Of a DNA stretch of 64,000 nt, positions 23,050 to 33,400 are shown one piece after another. The notes below the pieces were generated by a model. It had not been told where the DNA came from and made no database searches. It worked only from the letters and a program-made list of their open reading frames with translations. Source of the DNA: Tetramitus jugosus (Eukaryota; Protista; Heterolobosea); assembly GCA_937625935.1 (NCBI GenBank), contig OW569383.1:124001-188000 (forward strand). The letters are read 5' to 3'. Position 1 is the stretch's first letter; each line of letters starts with the position of its first letter. Position numbers and translations under genes: made by a program.

Positions 23050-25236
23050 ATGATCGAGGAAGGAAAAGACCCTCCTCGCACACATGGTTGTATTCTATCG
23101 TGCATCAGAAAACTATGGTCATTTTCGGTTGTGCTGTGTGCTGTCATGTTGCTAGCAGTTGCATGCACAGCTGCTAGTGTGTGGTCAGTCAACTACGCCT
23201 ATGAAGTGAAGGCAGTGAATGCACTTGCCAATTTGGAACGAAGTCACATTTTGTCATCGGCAGTCAACCAAGTGAATCAAACATTGAATAATTATGTTCA
23301 AGAGTTGCAACAGACCTTTGATGCGTTTCGATATCATGACTTGACAAACGCAGGTGTTTCAGAGACCAACCGCATAGAAGATGATCGAAAAACAATCTAT
23401 GCTACACTCGTGTCTCAGTTGCTCCATGGTTCATCGCCATTCTCTGCCATGCTCTATGGAACACTGGACAATCGTACGACGGGAGTGAGCCACGCAAACA
23501 ACAACACTTTTTTTTCCTTTACATCGAACGGCGACGGACTTCTCGAACAACGGACATTGTTCATTTCTAATTTTACAACGGATCCACCAGTTCTGAAAAT
23601 CATTACAAATTACCATGTGACACAGAGAGCTTTGTTCACAGGCGTGCAAGCGTCTCAGAAAACCACCTTCTCAACACCGTTTCTCAATCTAGGGGCACGA
23701 AATTACTATGGCTTCACCGTGGGCACGCCCTACTTTAACATGAGTACCGGAAAGTTCGCTGGTGTGATTAGTGGTTCTGTTGACTTGCAAGTGTTTGACC
23801 AATTGCTGACATCATTGAAAACAATGAAGAATGAACGAATCATTGTCCTTGATCGAACATCTGGTGACTTGTATGGTACATCGAATGGTCAAACGTACAA
23901 TTACGTGACTGTGAACGGAACAGTGACTCCTCAGTTGACAACTGCAAAAACCAATCCTGATCCTCTCGTGAGAGAATCGATTCAAATGATGAACAAACGA
24001 TTGCTCAATTTGAGCACGTTGAGCACAACATCCAAACTACAATTCTCGTACGGTCACGGAGCAAATGCCAAGATTGTTCAAGTGAGACGTCTCGTGAATC
24101 CCTATGGTATTGACTTGTTGCTGTTGGACGTTCAAGTGCAATCTGATTTACTGGGTTCAGTGTATATGGCCAACAAGGTGAATGCTGCCATATGTGCCAG
24201 TATTCTATTCATTACCGTTCTGTTGGCCCTACTGATTGGTTGTGCCCTTTCGATGCCTCTGCATCAAGTGAGTAAGGAAATGAACCATGTTTCCAACCTC
24301 AATTTCGATACCAAGAACCATATCCACAGTAGCGTCGGACTGTATGAAGTGAGCAAAATGACTCATGCACTTCAGCAAATGAAGTTTGGGATCAAAGGAT
24401 TTTCAAAGTACGTTCCCTCTGATATCGTACGGGTGGTTCTCAGTTCCCACAAGCAGGTGAATCTTGGAGTCGTACCCTGTTATATCACAGTGATGTTTGT
24501 CGATGTTCGCAACTTTACTAGTATTTGTGAATCGATACAAGCAGATGCTCTCGTGCAACTGATGAACCTATTTTTCACCATGATGAGTGAGATTATTTCA
24601 AAGCATGAGGGTGTAGTGGACAAGTACATTGGTGATGGGATCATGGCCCTGTTCAATGCACCTCTTCCGGTAGAGAATCATGAAGACAAAGCTGTTCGTT
24701 GTGCCATTGAAATGCAAAATCAGCTTGAAACTCGCAGAAACGAGTTTGAAGACAAGGGGTATCCATTGTTGCACATTCGAATAGGAGTGAACTCTGGTAT
24801 CTGTCTCGTTGGTAACATTGGTTGTTCCAATAGGATCAACTACACTGCAGTAGGTGATGGTGTCAATATAGCTTCGAGGTGCGAAAGTCTCAACAAAGAA
24901 TACAGTACGAGGATTATCATCACTGGCAGCACCTATTCTGCTTGTAAAGAAGATATTCTGTTCAAATGGCTCGATTTTGTGACTCTGAGAGGAAAATCGA
25001 AGCCTGTTCAAGTGTACGAAGTCGTTGGCTTCAGATCAGAATCTACAGAGGAACAACGGGAGATGTGTGAGCTGCATGACAAGTTGAAAAATGAATGGAT
25101 GAAGGGAGATGTGCGAAATTTCTTCTCCATGCTCAGCGATTGGCTCAAGTTGGACCCAAACAATACTGTGGCACAGGACATTCGGAAACGATACAAGGTT
25201 AATGGCGATGTCGTTGCAGCGAGTTACGGAGGATAA
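23050..25236 (+). CDS. Membrane class III adenylate/guanylate cyclase with extracellular Cache-like sensor and HAMP linker
   Basis: TM - sensor - TM - HAMP (SMPLHQVSKEM...YEVSKM) - cyclase (MFVDVRNFT, VDKYIGDGIMALF, RIGVNSG, YTAVGDGVNIASRCE). The K/T specificity residues suggest ATP as substrate. Confidence 0.92.
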   Translation: MIEEGKDPPRTHGCILSCIRKLWSFSVVLCAVMLLAVACTAASVWSVNYAYEVKAVNALANLERSHILSSAVNQVNQTLNNYVQELQQTFDAFRYHDLTNAGVSETNRIEDDRKTIYATLVSQLLHGSSPFSAMLYGTLDNRTTGVSHANNNTFFSFTSNGDGLLEQRTLFISNFTTDPPVLKIITNYHVTQRALFTGVQASQKTTFSTPFLNLGARNYYGFTVGTPYFNMSTGKFAGVISGSVDLQVFDQLLTSLKTMKNERIIVLDRTSGDLYGTSNGQTYNYVTVNGTVTPQLTTAKTNPDPLVRESIQMMNKRLLNLSTLSTTSKLQFSYGHGANAKIVQVRRLVNPYGIDLLLLDVQVQSDLLGSVYMANKVNAAICASILFITVLLALLIGCALSMPLHQVSKEMNHVSNLNFDTKNHIHSSVGLYEVSKMTHALQQMKFGIKGFSKYVPSDIVRVVLSSHKQVNLGVVPCYITVMFVDVRNFTSICESIQADALVQLMNLFFTMMSEIISKHEGVVDKYIGDGIMALFNAPLPVENHEDKAVRCAIEMQNQLETRRNEFEDKGYPLLHIRIGVNSGICLVGNIGCSNRINYTAVGDGVNIASRCESLNKEYSTRIIITGSTYSACKEDILFKWLDFVTLRGKSKPVQVYEVVGFRSESTEEQREMCELHDKLKNEWMKGDVRNFFSMLSDWLKLDPNNTVAQDIRKRYKVNGDVVAASYGG

Positions 25237-25417
25237 TTCGCGCATCTCCACCTAGGTTAGTTAGGATACGATTCAAATTTAATGGCGGACGGATGGGGGT
25301 TACCGTAAAAGAATCCGGAGAAATTACCTGGAGAAAAAAAACTGATACAACGAAAATTTCGCTAAAAATGACAAGGATCAAGAAGAGCCAATTTATCGAA
25401 GAGAAGTATGAAGAAAT

Positions 25418-27292
25418 ATGAAGAAAATTTTGTTATTCTTTTCAATCTTGTTCACAATAGGTGTGCTGCACGCGATCACTCGTATCCCAGCAACATCCAT
25501 ACCCAGCAGCAGCAGCACACTTGACTGTCAACAAGCTTACAAGACACAATTCCATGAAGCTTATCGATGTTTGCATTCGTTTTGGTACTCGAGAGCGATT
25601 GACCTTTTTCTGTACATTATTCAAAAATCTCCTTCTTGTGCCATGGCGCATTGGGGAGTTGCCATGTGTCATTGGTATCCATTGTGGGTCGATCCAAGTC
25701 CAGAGCACATTTCTGCTGCGAATCAGTCCATGACCCTGGCCATTCAATATGCCAGAACGATAGAAGAATTGAACTTTATGCGGCCACTTGCACAATTCTA
25801 CCAATCGTTTTCTATTGAGAATCGCGTCTCCTCCATTGGTAGTTATCGGTCAATGATGAAAGAACTGTGGTGGTGGCAATCCAAATTATATGATGAAGAT
25901 GATAACGATGATGATGACAGTGCATACTTGACAGCACTGTACTCTTTGGCCAATTTGGCCATGATCAAAGCCATTACCAATACAAGTGAACAAGATTTGC
26001 TCAGGAATGAAACAGGTGTCATTCTCAAATCAGCTCTTGTGAGATTTGATGAGACGACTCATGTCGGTTTGTTGCACTACTTGATCCATGCCTACGACCA
26101 TCCTCACTATGCTCATTTGGCACTTTCTGAATCTCGATTGTACAGCACTATTGCACCAGATATCCCTCATGCATTGCACATGCCTTCACACACGTATCAA
26201 CACTTGGGATCGTGGAGACACTCGATTGAATCCAATGTTCGATCCATATCATCATCATCATCATATGAAGACTTCAACTATCCAGGTCAGTTGCATTCTC
26301 TCGGCTTCCTTGTCCATGCTTTGTTGCAGAGAGGTCAAGTGTCATTCGTGAAGGAGTACATTGACTATATACAACAAAGACCTATTCAGTTTGGACTGAT
26401 TGGTATATCTGAAGTGTTTGATTTGATTAGCATTCCCATGAAGTATGCGTTAGAGACACGTGACTGGAAATATGGCATCCGATTGAAGTTGATGCCAGAA
26501 TCACCCAATTGGGAGATACACTCTTGGATTCGCGTTTACCAATATTTTGCACAACTGGTGAGCTCCCTATTCTTGCAGGAGCAACTACCAAATGGGATTG
26601 AACAACGGCATGACCTGTTGTTAAAGGCATTTTCGAATGGAAAAGAAAGTATCGGCTGGCCATATGTACCTGCTGATATGAGAGTCGAGATTGACAAAAT
26701 GATAAATGTGTCTGGTGCCCTGGTACAGTTTGTCCAAGGAAACAAAGCTCGTGCACTCCAATTACTGAATGACAGTTTGAATCATTACATTCATTCATCC
26801 GAATTTATGATTGTGCCACTCTATGAAATTGTGGCCGACTTGTTGGTGACAAAGGAACATGCTCATCGAGAGGCTCGACGCATTTATCAACATCTTCTGA
26901 CCTTGTATCCCAACAGACTGAATAGCTTGTATGGAGTTGCCGTCACGAGTCGAGCATTGCATGACAAGACAACAGCTCATCAATTCTTTCGTCAGGTGGT
27001 TTCCTTATGCGATGCAAATGAGATGTATGTTTGTCCCACTGAAATGTGTCAATCCAATGGAACCCAATACAATTGCCAAGAGAGAAAAGAAATGATCGAT
27101 GCCCAACAATACATAACCAAACGACCATGGATAGCTATAGTTTCGGGCATTGTACTTGTCATCATTGCATGTCTGTCATGCCAACGACTCGCCTATGGTT
27201 GTCTCCTCCTCCGAACCAACAAGCAAAACAGAAGTGGTTACGAGAGGATTGGGGGAGGAGATTATGCAGGACAACAAATTTCCTTTCCATGA
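25418..27292 (+). CDS. Type I membrane TPR-like helical-repeat protein of a mainly bacterial/fungal family
   Basis: Signal peptide; LHSFWY...PSCAMAHWGVAM; HVGLLHYLIHAYD; APDIPHALHMPSHTYQHLGSW; YPNRLNSLYGVA; C-terminal TM helix and short tail. Confidence 0.72.
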   Translation: MKKILLFFSILFTIGVLHAITRIPATSIPSSSSTLDCQQAYKTQFHEAYRCLHSFWYSRAIDLFLYIIQKSPSCAMAHWGVAMCHWYPLWVDPSPEHISAANQSMTLAIQYARTIEELNFMRPLAQFYQSFSIENRVSSIGSYRSMMKELWWWQSKLYDEDDNDDDDSAYLTALYSLANLAMIKAITNTSEQDLLRNETGVILKSALVRFDETTHVGLLHYLIHAYDHPHYAHLALSESRLYSTIAPDIPHALHMPSHTYQHLGSWRHSIESNVRSISSSSSYEDFNYPGQLHSLGFLVHALLQRGQVSFVKEYIDYIQQRPIQFGLIGISEVFDLISIPMKYALETRDWKYGIRLKLMPESPNWEIHSWIRVYQYFAQLVSSLFLQEQLPNGIEQRHDLLLKAFSNGKESIGWPYVPADMRVEIDKMINVSGALVQFVQGNKARALQLLNDSLNHYIHSSEFMIVPLYEIVADLLVTKEHAHREARRIYQHLLTLYPNRLNSLYGVAVTSRALHDKTTAHQFFRQVVSLCDANEMYVCPTEMCQSNGTQYNCQERKEMIDAQQYITKRPWIAIVSGIVLVIIACLSCQRLAYGCLLLRTNKQNRSGYERIGGGDYAGQQISFP

Positions 27293-27417
27293 ATTTGCTG
27301 GTAACTGGTGTGAACTCGGTCTGAACTCGTTTGTGGAAGTCCAAAGATTCCTGAAAAACCAAAGAAACACATAAAACATAGAAAAAAAAACACCAACACC
27401 AAAAACATTCACGAATA

Positions 27418-28836
27418 ATGATGATGGATCCTTCTATTGACAACAAGGAACAGAATAGAAGACAACAAAATGAACCAGAAGAAGAAGAAGATGAACAAGT
27501 GGTACGAGTAGACTCATCATCAACAACAACAACAACAACAACAGTCATTGATCAATTGACTTCTCATCTCGCATCCACTCACATCAACAACAATCACAAT
27601 GTGAGTAGTCATAGTCATAGTAGTAGTAGTAGTGAACAATCAAATAATGATGATGATGAAGATGATGAAGAAGACAATATTGACAATTTCAAGCGCCGTA
27701 TTCAACGATTTGCCCAACGCATTCTCAATGGTCAAATCAAACGAATGCTATTGATTACGGGTGCTGGATTGAGCACTGCTGCAGGCATACCTGATTTCCG
27801 CACACCTGGCACCGGTCTCTACTACAATCTACAAAAGTATAATTTGCCTAATCCGACCAGTATTTTCGAATTGAGTTACTTTATGAAGAATCCAGAACCA
27901 TTCTTCTTGTTGAGTCAAGACTTTTTGGATATTGAGAATAGGTATGAGCCAACTGATGCTCACTACTTTATTCGACTGTTGCACGACAAGGGTCTCCTAT
28001 TGAGAAACTATACACAGAATATTGATGGATTGGAATTTTTGACCCGCACAAGCATAGAAGCACAACAGGAAGAGACTTCTTCTACTGCTGCTGCTGCTTC
28101 TTCATCATCATCATCGTTTGATGATGTCATTCTCCAGTGTCATGGTTCTTATCGCACAGCTCACTGTGTCCAATGCAATCACTTGTACACGAATCAACAA
28201 GTGAAACAAATGATGAACATGAACAACAACAATAGTAGTAGTAGTAGTCGTAGTAGTAGTAAGGAGAATGTTGTTGTTCCCTATTGTACACACTGCGACA
28301 AGAAGAACAATATCATTAAACCAGATATTGTCATGTTTGGTGAATCGTTACCAGACAAGTTTGAAAAATGTTTGAAGAGCGATGTAGAGGAAGCAGATTG
28401 TGTGCTGATCATGGGAACGAGTCTCACAGTGTATCCTGTGGCTGGCATTCCAGAACTCATCATCAACAAGCACAAGAAGAAGAAGAAGCACTCTGGTCAG
28501 AATGATGTTGAAGAGAATGCAAGAGTCATGACACACATGTTGTTCAACAGAGAACGCGTCGGTCCATTTGATCCTCTCATGTCCACACTCTTGTACGATG
28601 GTTGTGGTGTGAGCAGAAGCAGCAGAAGAAGAATGAATCGTGCAAGAGACAGTGTTCAGCATGAATTCATGTTTGTGGGTGAACCGTATTCCATTGACGA
28701 TGCAGTCAACATGCTAGTGGATGAACTTGGATGGAGAGAAGAATTCAATGCCCATCGACCACCTACTTCTTCGTCCATCAACAACAAGAAGAAGAACAAC
28801 ACTAAGAACAACTCCAAGAATCGCTGTACGATATAA
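27418..28836 (+). CDS. Class I sirtuin (SIRT2/3/Hst2-like NAD-dependent deacylase)
   Basis: GAGLSTAAGIPDFRTPGTGLY, YTQNIDGLE, CHGS, zinc ligands CVQC/CTHC, KPDIVMFGESLP, MGTSLTVYP. Confidence 0.95.
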   Translation: MMMDPSIDNKEQNRRQQNEPEEEEDEQVVRVDSSSTTTTTTTVIDQLTSHLASTHINNNHNVSSHSHSSSSSEQSNNDDDEDDEEDNIDNFKRRIQRFAQRILNGQIKRMLLITGAGLSTAAGIPDFRTPGTGLYYNLQKYNLPNPTSIFELSYFMKNPEPFFLLSQDFLDIENRYEPTDAHYFIRLLHDKGLLLRNYTQNIDGLEFLTRTSIEAQQEETSSTAAAASSSSSSFDDVILQCHGSYRTAHCVQCNHLYTNQQVKQMMNMNNNNSSSSSRSSSKENVVVPYCTHCDKKNNIIKPDIVMFGESLPDKFEKCLKSDVEEADCVLIMGTSLTVYPVAGIPELIINKHKKKKKHSGQNDVEENARVMTHMLFNRERVGPFDPLMSTLLYDGCGVSRSSRRRMNRARDSVQHEFMFVGEPYSIDDAVNMLVDELGWREEFNAHRPPTSSSINNKKKNNTKNNSKNRCTI

Positions 28837-28871
28837 AACGATTCTAACGACATTGAATAAAATGTATTGAA

Positions 28872-30164
28872 TTATGAGGATGAAAACAAGCGTTTCCTAA
28901 TCTTGTTCACACCATTGCTCACAACAGCACCCGTATTCAGTTGTTGTTGTTGTTTGTTATGCTTCTTGTCTTTGGATGCTGTTGTTGTTGTTGTTGATGA
29001 TGAAACATCTGAGAATTGAGACTGTACTTGATGAAACAGGTGAATGACAAAGTGATAGACGACACAGAGATAGAACCACAGGAATGAAAAGAAGACTTGT
29101 ATGGCATTCATCATCACAATGAGAGAATCATCCAGGTCATTGTTATTTGTTGTTGCACTGTTATTCTTCTCATCCGTGTCCTTTTGTTTCTTTTTGGTCC
29201 AATTGGTGGATAGCAGGAATGGTTTCATCATTTTCATCACCAACGATTTCTTTTGCTTCTTCTTATCTGATTGATCATTGTGATTATTACTTGTTGTTGT
29301 ACTAGTAGTTGTTGTTGTTGTAGTTGTCGTACTAGTACTCTTTTTATCATTGATATTAGTAGTTGTAGTAGTAGTCGTACTAGCAGATGATTTAGGTATA
29401 GATGATGATGATGATGATGATAATTGTTGTTGAGCCAATTGTATCCATGTTTTTTGTTTCTTTTGAATGAATTGTTGAATGGTGGATTGGAACATGGGAA
29501 TCCAATTGGCAGTCGAATGATTCAATCGACCATGACTCTTCATATTCACAATCATTGTATTCTGATTATTGGTGAGTGTCCATTCCAATTGAACATCAAA
29601 GAATGTAACAAATGATAAATCATCATGACTACTAGCGGTACTGTTGCTGAATGTGATGGGACATTTGATTTGAATTGTTGTTGCATCTATTGTTGTTGTT
29701 GTTGTTGTTGTTGTTTGAAATTGCATATTGACATCAATAATCACCTCCTCTTTTTTATCATGACTTGATTTTGTTGTTGTATTGTTATTATTGTTGTTGT
29801 TGTTGGATGATGATGATGAAGATGATGAAAAGAGAGAGGAGAATAATTTAGGGATGGGTAGATTCACTAGTTGGAACGTGATGCGTCTCTCTTCTTCTAT
29901 TGTTGTTGTTGTTGTTGTTTTTGATGATGATTTTTTTGTCAACCATGGTTGAATTTGAATATTGCGAACGACATCCTGTTGCACTTTTTTTGTATCCGTA
30001 TTGGTTGATGATGATGATGTTGATGATGATGGAATGAGTTTGTGAATAAATGGTTTCATAATGTGTTCATCCTTGTGAAACAACAAGTGATAGAGTTCAT
30101 GAATGGATGGTACTTGTTTTGATGTGGGTACTTGAATGGATGAGTCTGATGATGATGGTGCCAT
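28872..30164 (-). CDS. Membrane-anchored protein with a possible VASt/StART-like lipid-transfer domain
   Basis: IHELYHLLF...RRITFQL...FFDVQLEWTL...IQQFIQKKQKTWIQLAQQQL pattern followed by a TM helix (AIQVFFSFLWFYLCVVYHFVI); heavily interrupted by poly-S/T/N. The domain call is tentative. Confidence 0.5.
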   Translation of the reverse strand: MAPSSSDSSIQVPTSKQVPSIHELYHLLFHKDEHIMKPFIHKLIPSSSTSSSSTNTDTKKVQQDVVRNIQIQPWLTKKSSSKTTTTTTIEEERRITFQLVNLPIPKLFSSLFSSSSSSSSNNNNNNNNTTTKSSHDKKEEVIIDVNMQFQTTTTTTTTIDATTIQIKCPITFSNSTASSHDDLSFVTFFDVQLEWTLTNNQNTMIVNMKSHGRLNHSTANWIPMFQSTIQQFIQKKQKTWIQLAQQQLSSSSSSSIPKSSASTTTTTTTNINDKKSTSTTTTTTTTTSTTTSNNHNDQSDKKKQKKSLVMKMMKPFLLSTNWTKKKQKDTDEKNNSATTNNNDLDDSLIVMMNAIQVFFSFLWFYLCVVYHFVIHLFHQVQSQFSDVSSSTTTTTASKDKKHNKQQQQLNTGAVVSNGVNKIRKRLFSSS

Positions 30165-30305
30165 GTTGTGTGTGCGTGTGTATGATGATTGAAGGTTCTT
30201 TTTTCTTGAATTAAGTTCTCTTCAAGCTGCTTTCTGCGGACTATTTTCCACGGTCCTGGACCGTGAACCTAGTTCATTCGTTGAACCTATAATCCTCCGT
30301 CTTGG

Positions 30306-30317
30306 TTTCGCGCCAAA
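30306..30317. promoter_or_regulatory. Overlapping double E2F-type site TTTCGCGCCAAA in a bidirectional promoter
   Basis: Matches TTTSSCGC on both strands, within the 313-bp gap between divergent start codons (30164 and 30478). Confidence 0.5.
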
Positions 30318-30477
30318 AAGTGCTCACTTCCAGCCTGGTCTCGAATTTCACCACTCTTCTGTCAAGAAAGAAAAACAAGATCATCGCCACCACTGAGCAA
30401 TCATCATCATTATTTATTAGCCATTCAGTGGTGTGTTCTGAAACAAACCAATCAAACAACATAACTACAACAACAAC

Positions 30478-33400
30478 ATGCAAGCACTTGAAAGAAACTT
30501 TCAATTGCTCTTTTCTATCATTGGTCACAACAATAACAACAATAGCAACAATGATATTTCAAACAATGAAACCAGTAGTAGTAGTAGTAGTGATCACATG
30601 AATCGAATTGTTCTATTGAATCCAATCAATATCATATCTGATATGAATGATCAAATCTCTCGCTTAACCATTGACATGAACAATAATAGTCACAACAACA
30701 ACAACAACAACAATAATGATGATGATGTGAGTGGTGCCATCTCTCACATGTTATTCAATGAACAAAAAAGCATTTTTCACATTGTGGATCACTTGTTAAA
30801 AATGAGACATTCACTGCAGTTCAGTGATGAGAATAAGAAGACTTCGATTTATACGAGAAAGGCCATTTTGGATCTCGTGAACAATTATATGAAAATTATT
30901 TTGAGTCGTCATCATCACAATAGTAGTCATAGTGGTAGTAGTAGTAGTAATAATAATAACAATAATAATAATAATAGTGGACTCATTGATTATGCACATC
31001 ATATTCAAGTGTGGTGTTTTCAAATATTGAGACGTGATGATAGTAGTGTTGTGCGTGTTTCGGCCATTGCACCTCTCATTCAACTCGTTGAACATGACTT
31101 GTTGAATCAACAACAACAACAATCAACTTTTACTACCAATAACAATAATGCCGCTAGTAGTAGTAGTAGTAGTACAAGTAGTAGTAGCAGCAGCAGCAAT
31201 GATAGTTCTTCCATGATGATGATGACGACGAATGCAGGTCACATATTTGATGTGTTGATGCCACTGTTGAAGAAAAAGGTGGGTCGGAGCAGTAGCAGTA
31301 GTAGCAGTAGTGGTGGCCTGTCCAACACACTCTTCTCTCAGATGCTCATCTTATTGGCCAAACTGTGTCAATACTATCCAAGTGAAATGACTACGAACAA
31401 TCGATACCGACAATTGTTTCAAGTGATGATGGAAACGTTGAATCATCAGTCGAATAAGGCACTACCTGATTCTCAATTGATTGTTGGTGCGTTCAAGGGC
31501 ATTGAGTGTTACTTGTATCAGTTTGAACCATTTGATACGACAATGACAAACACTAGTGGTGTTGTATCATCATCATCATCATCATCATCAGCAGTAGCTA
31601 GTACGAGTCGTAGTAGTAGTAGTAGTACAGGTAGTTCATTGGGAATGCTGTATTCGTACATGACCATCTCACTCGAGAGAACAGATGCATCGAGACATGA
31701 TATCCCGAAGGCTGCACTCTCCCTATTGGCCACTCATGCCTATCCGTTTCGAGAGTACTTGACCGTCGATGCAGAAAAGATGTATGAGCGCATGAAACTG
31801 TTGTGCAATCATAGGAATGACAAGGTGAGGAAACATGCGTTCAGAGCACTGGATGCCTACTTGTCCCATGTGGCCCACGAACTAGTCATGAGCAGCAACA
31901 CTGTCGGTGAAGGCAGTCAACGAGTCAGAAGCGTTGAATTGAATCAGAGAGCATTCTTTATCCTGTTGGATCAGTTCAAACAAATGTTGGACCTCAAGAA
32001 GAACAACAATAGCAACAACAATGGCAGCAATACCAGCAGTCCACAATTGTGGAACAACAAGAACACGTTGAGTATGGCAATTCGATCATTTGGACAGTTT
32101 GCTGCACCCATGAGTCGATTTCTCGGTCAAGCGGACACAAAATTAATCTTGTTAAAGTTGTTGAAGATGAGTGATCAGTTGTTGACGCGATCTCAGGAGG
32201 AACTCGAAGAATCCATCTCTCATTTACCCAGTTTCCTCTCAGTATTCGCCAACTTGATACTTCAGTTGGATACAGTTGATGGTTGGGTCATTGATCACCT
32301 GGAGCGCATTTTTGGTGTTTTGTTTCTCGTGTATCCAAAACAATTCCTATTCCCAAAGTACCGCTATGCCAACTACATATCGGTCATGAAGCTGTTTGTG
32401 GCGCTATATCTGAAACAGAATTCATTGGATTTGCTCTTGTCTCGCATCGTGTTCCAAGGCCTAACATTAACCATATCGAATTCCACCTCTTCATCCACAG
32501 CAGCAACACCTTCAGCTGATGAGGAGGAATCTGTACAAGCACAATCCATGAATGACAGTGACAGCTCTGTGCCACTCCATGTACAATACTTAGACCTATG
32601 GAGCAACATGTTGAACCCGAAGAACATTCAACTCGTCAAATGGAATTTTCCATGGGTCCAGTTAAACTTTGGTACAGATCTCCAGGACCACATGTTCTCA
32701 GTCATTTATGATCGAGTTCTCAACTCCATCATTGACATGATCAACAAGTTGGATGTCAGATGCAAGGTTGTATCGATCTCGAATAACAACGCAGCAGAAA
32801 AAAATGCCGAGAATAGCGAATCAAGCAACATTACTGATATAAGGCCAGCCAATCCAAAGGATTATGAACTGTATTTGAACCTGGTTGAGTTTAGCAAAGA
32901 ATTCTTGCGCAAATGTCAACCAAGGCACTGTACGCGATGGGTGTACATTCTGTCCAAGGTTCTCATCGACAAGGTTCAAAGGTTTCCTCACGCGAGCGGC
33001 TTCTTCAAAATTCTAACCATTGTGATGAAAATTAGTGAGCAGTTCAACTACTTTGAAGGCATCACAGAGAAGTCTCAGATTTATGATGTCATCATATCTT
33101 CTCCACCGGACAGTACTGCAGAAACTGGCAACCAACTATATCAACAGTTGTTTGTTCCAGATGACAAGACAAGGGTTTCTTGCTTCCATTTACTGTCCAA
33201 ATTTTGTAAGAGTACAATCATGGGCCTGCATGAGCAAAAGGGAGACATGCTCGCGGCTAGCCTATGTTTCATTTTGGCAATGCCAAAGCAATTCATTAGC
33301 ACAGAGTTGTTTGTTCTCCCACTTAACATTGCTTTTGAAATGGGACGTAGTTATCTACCCTTGGCTTCTGTCGGTTTAACAGCTCTAGAATACTATATGA

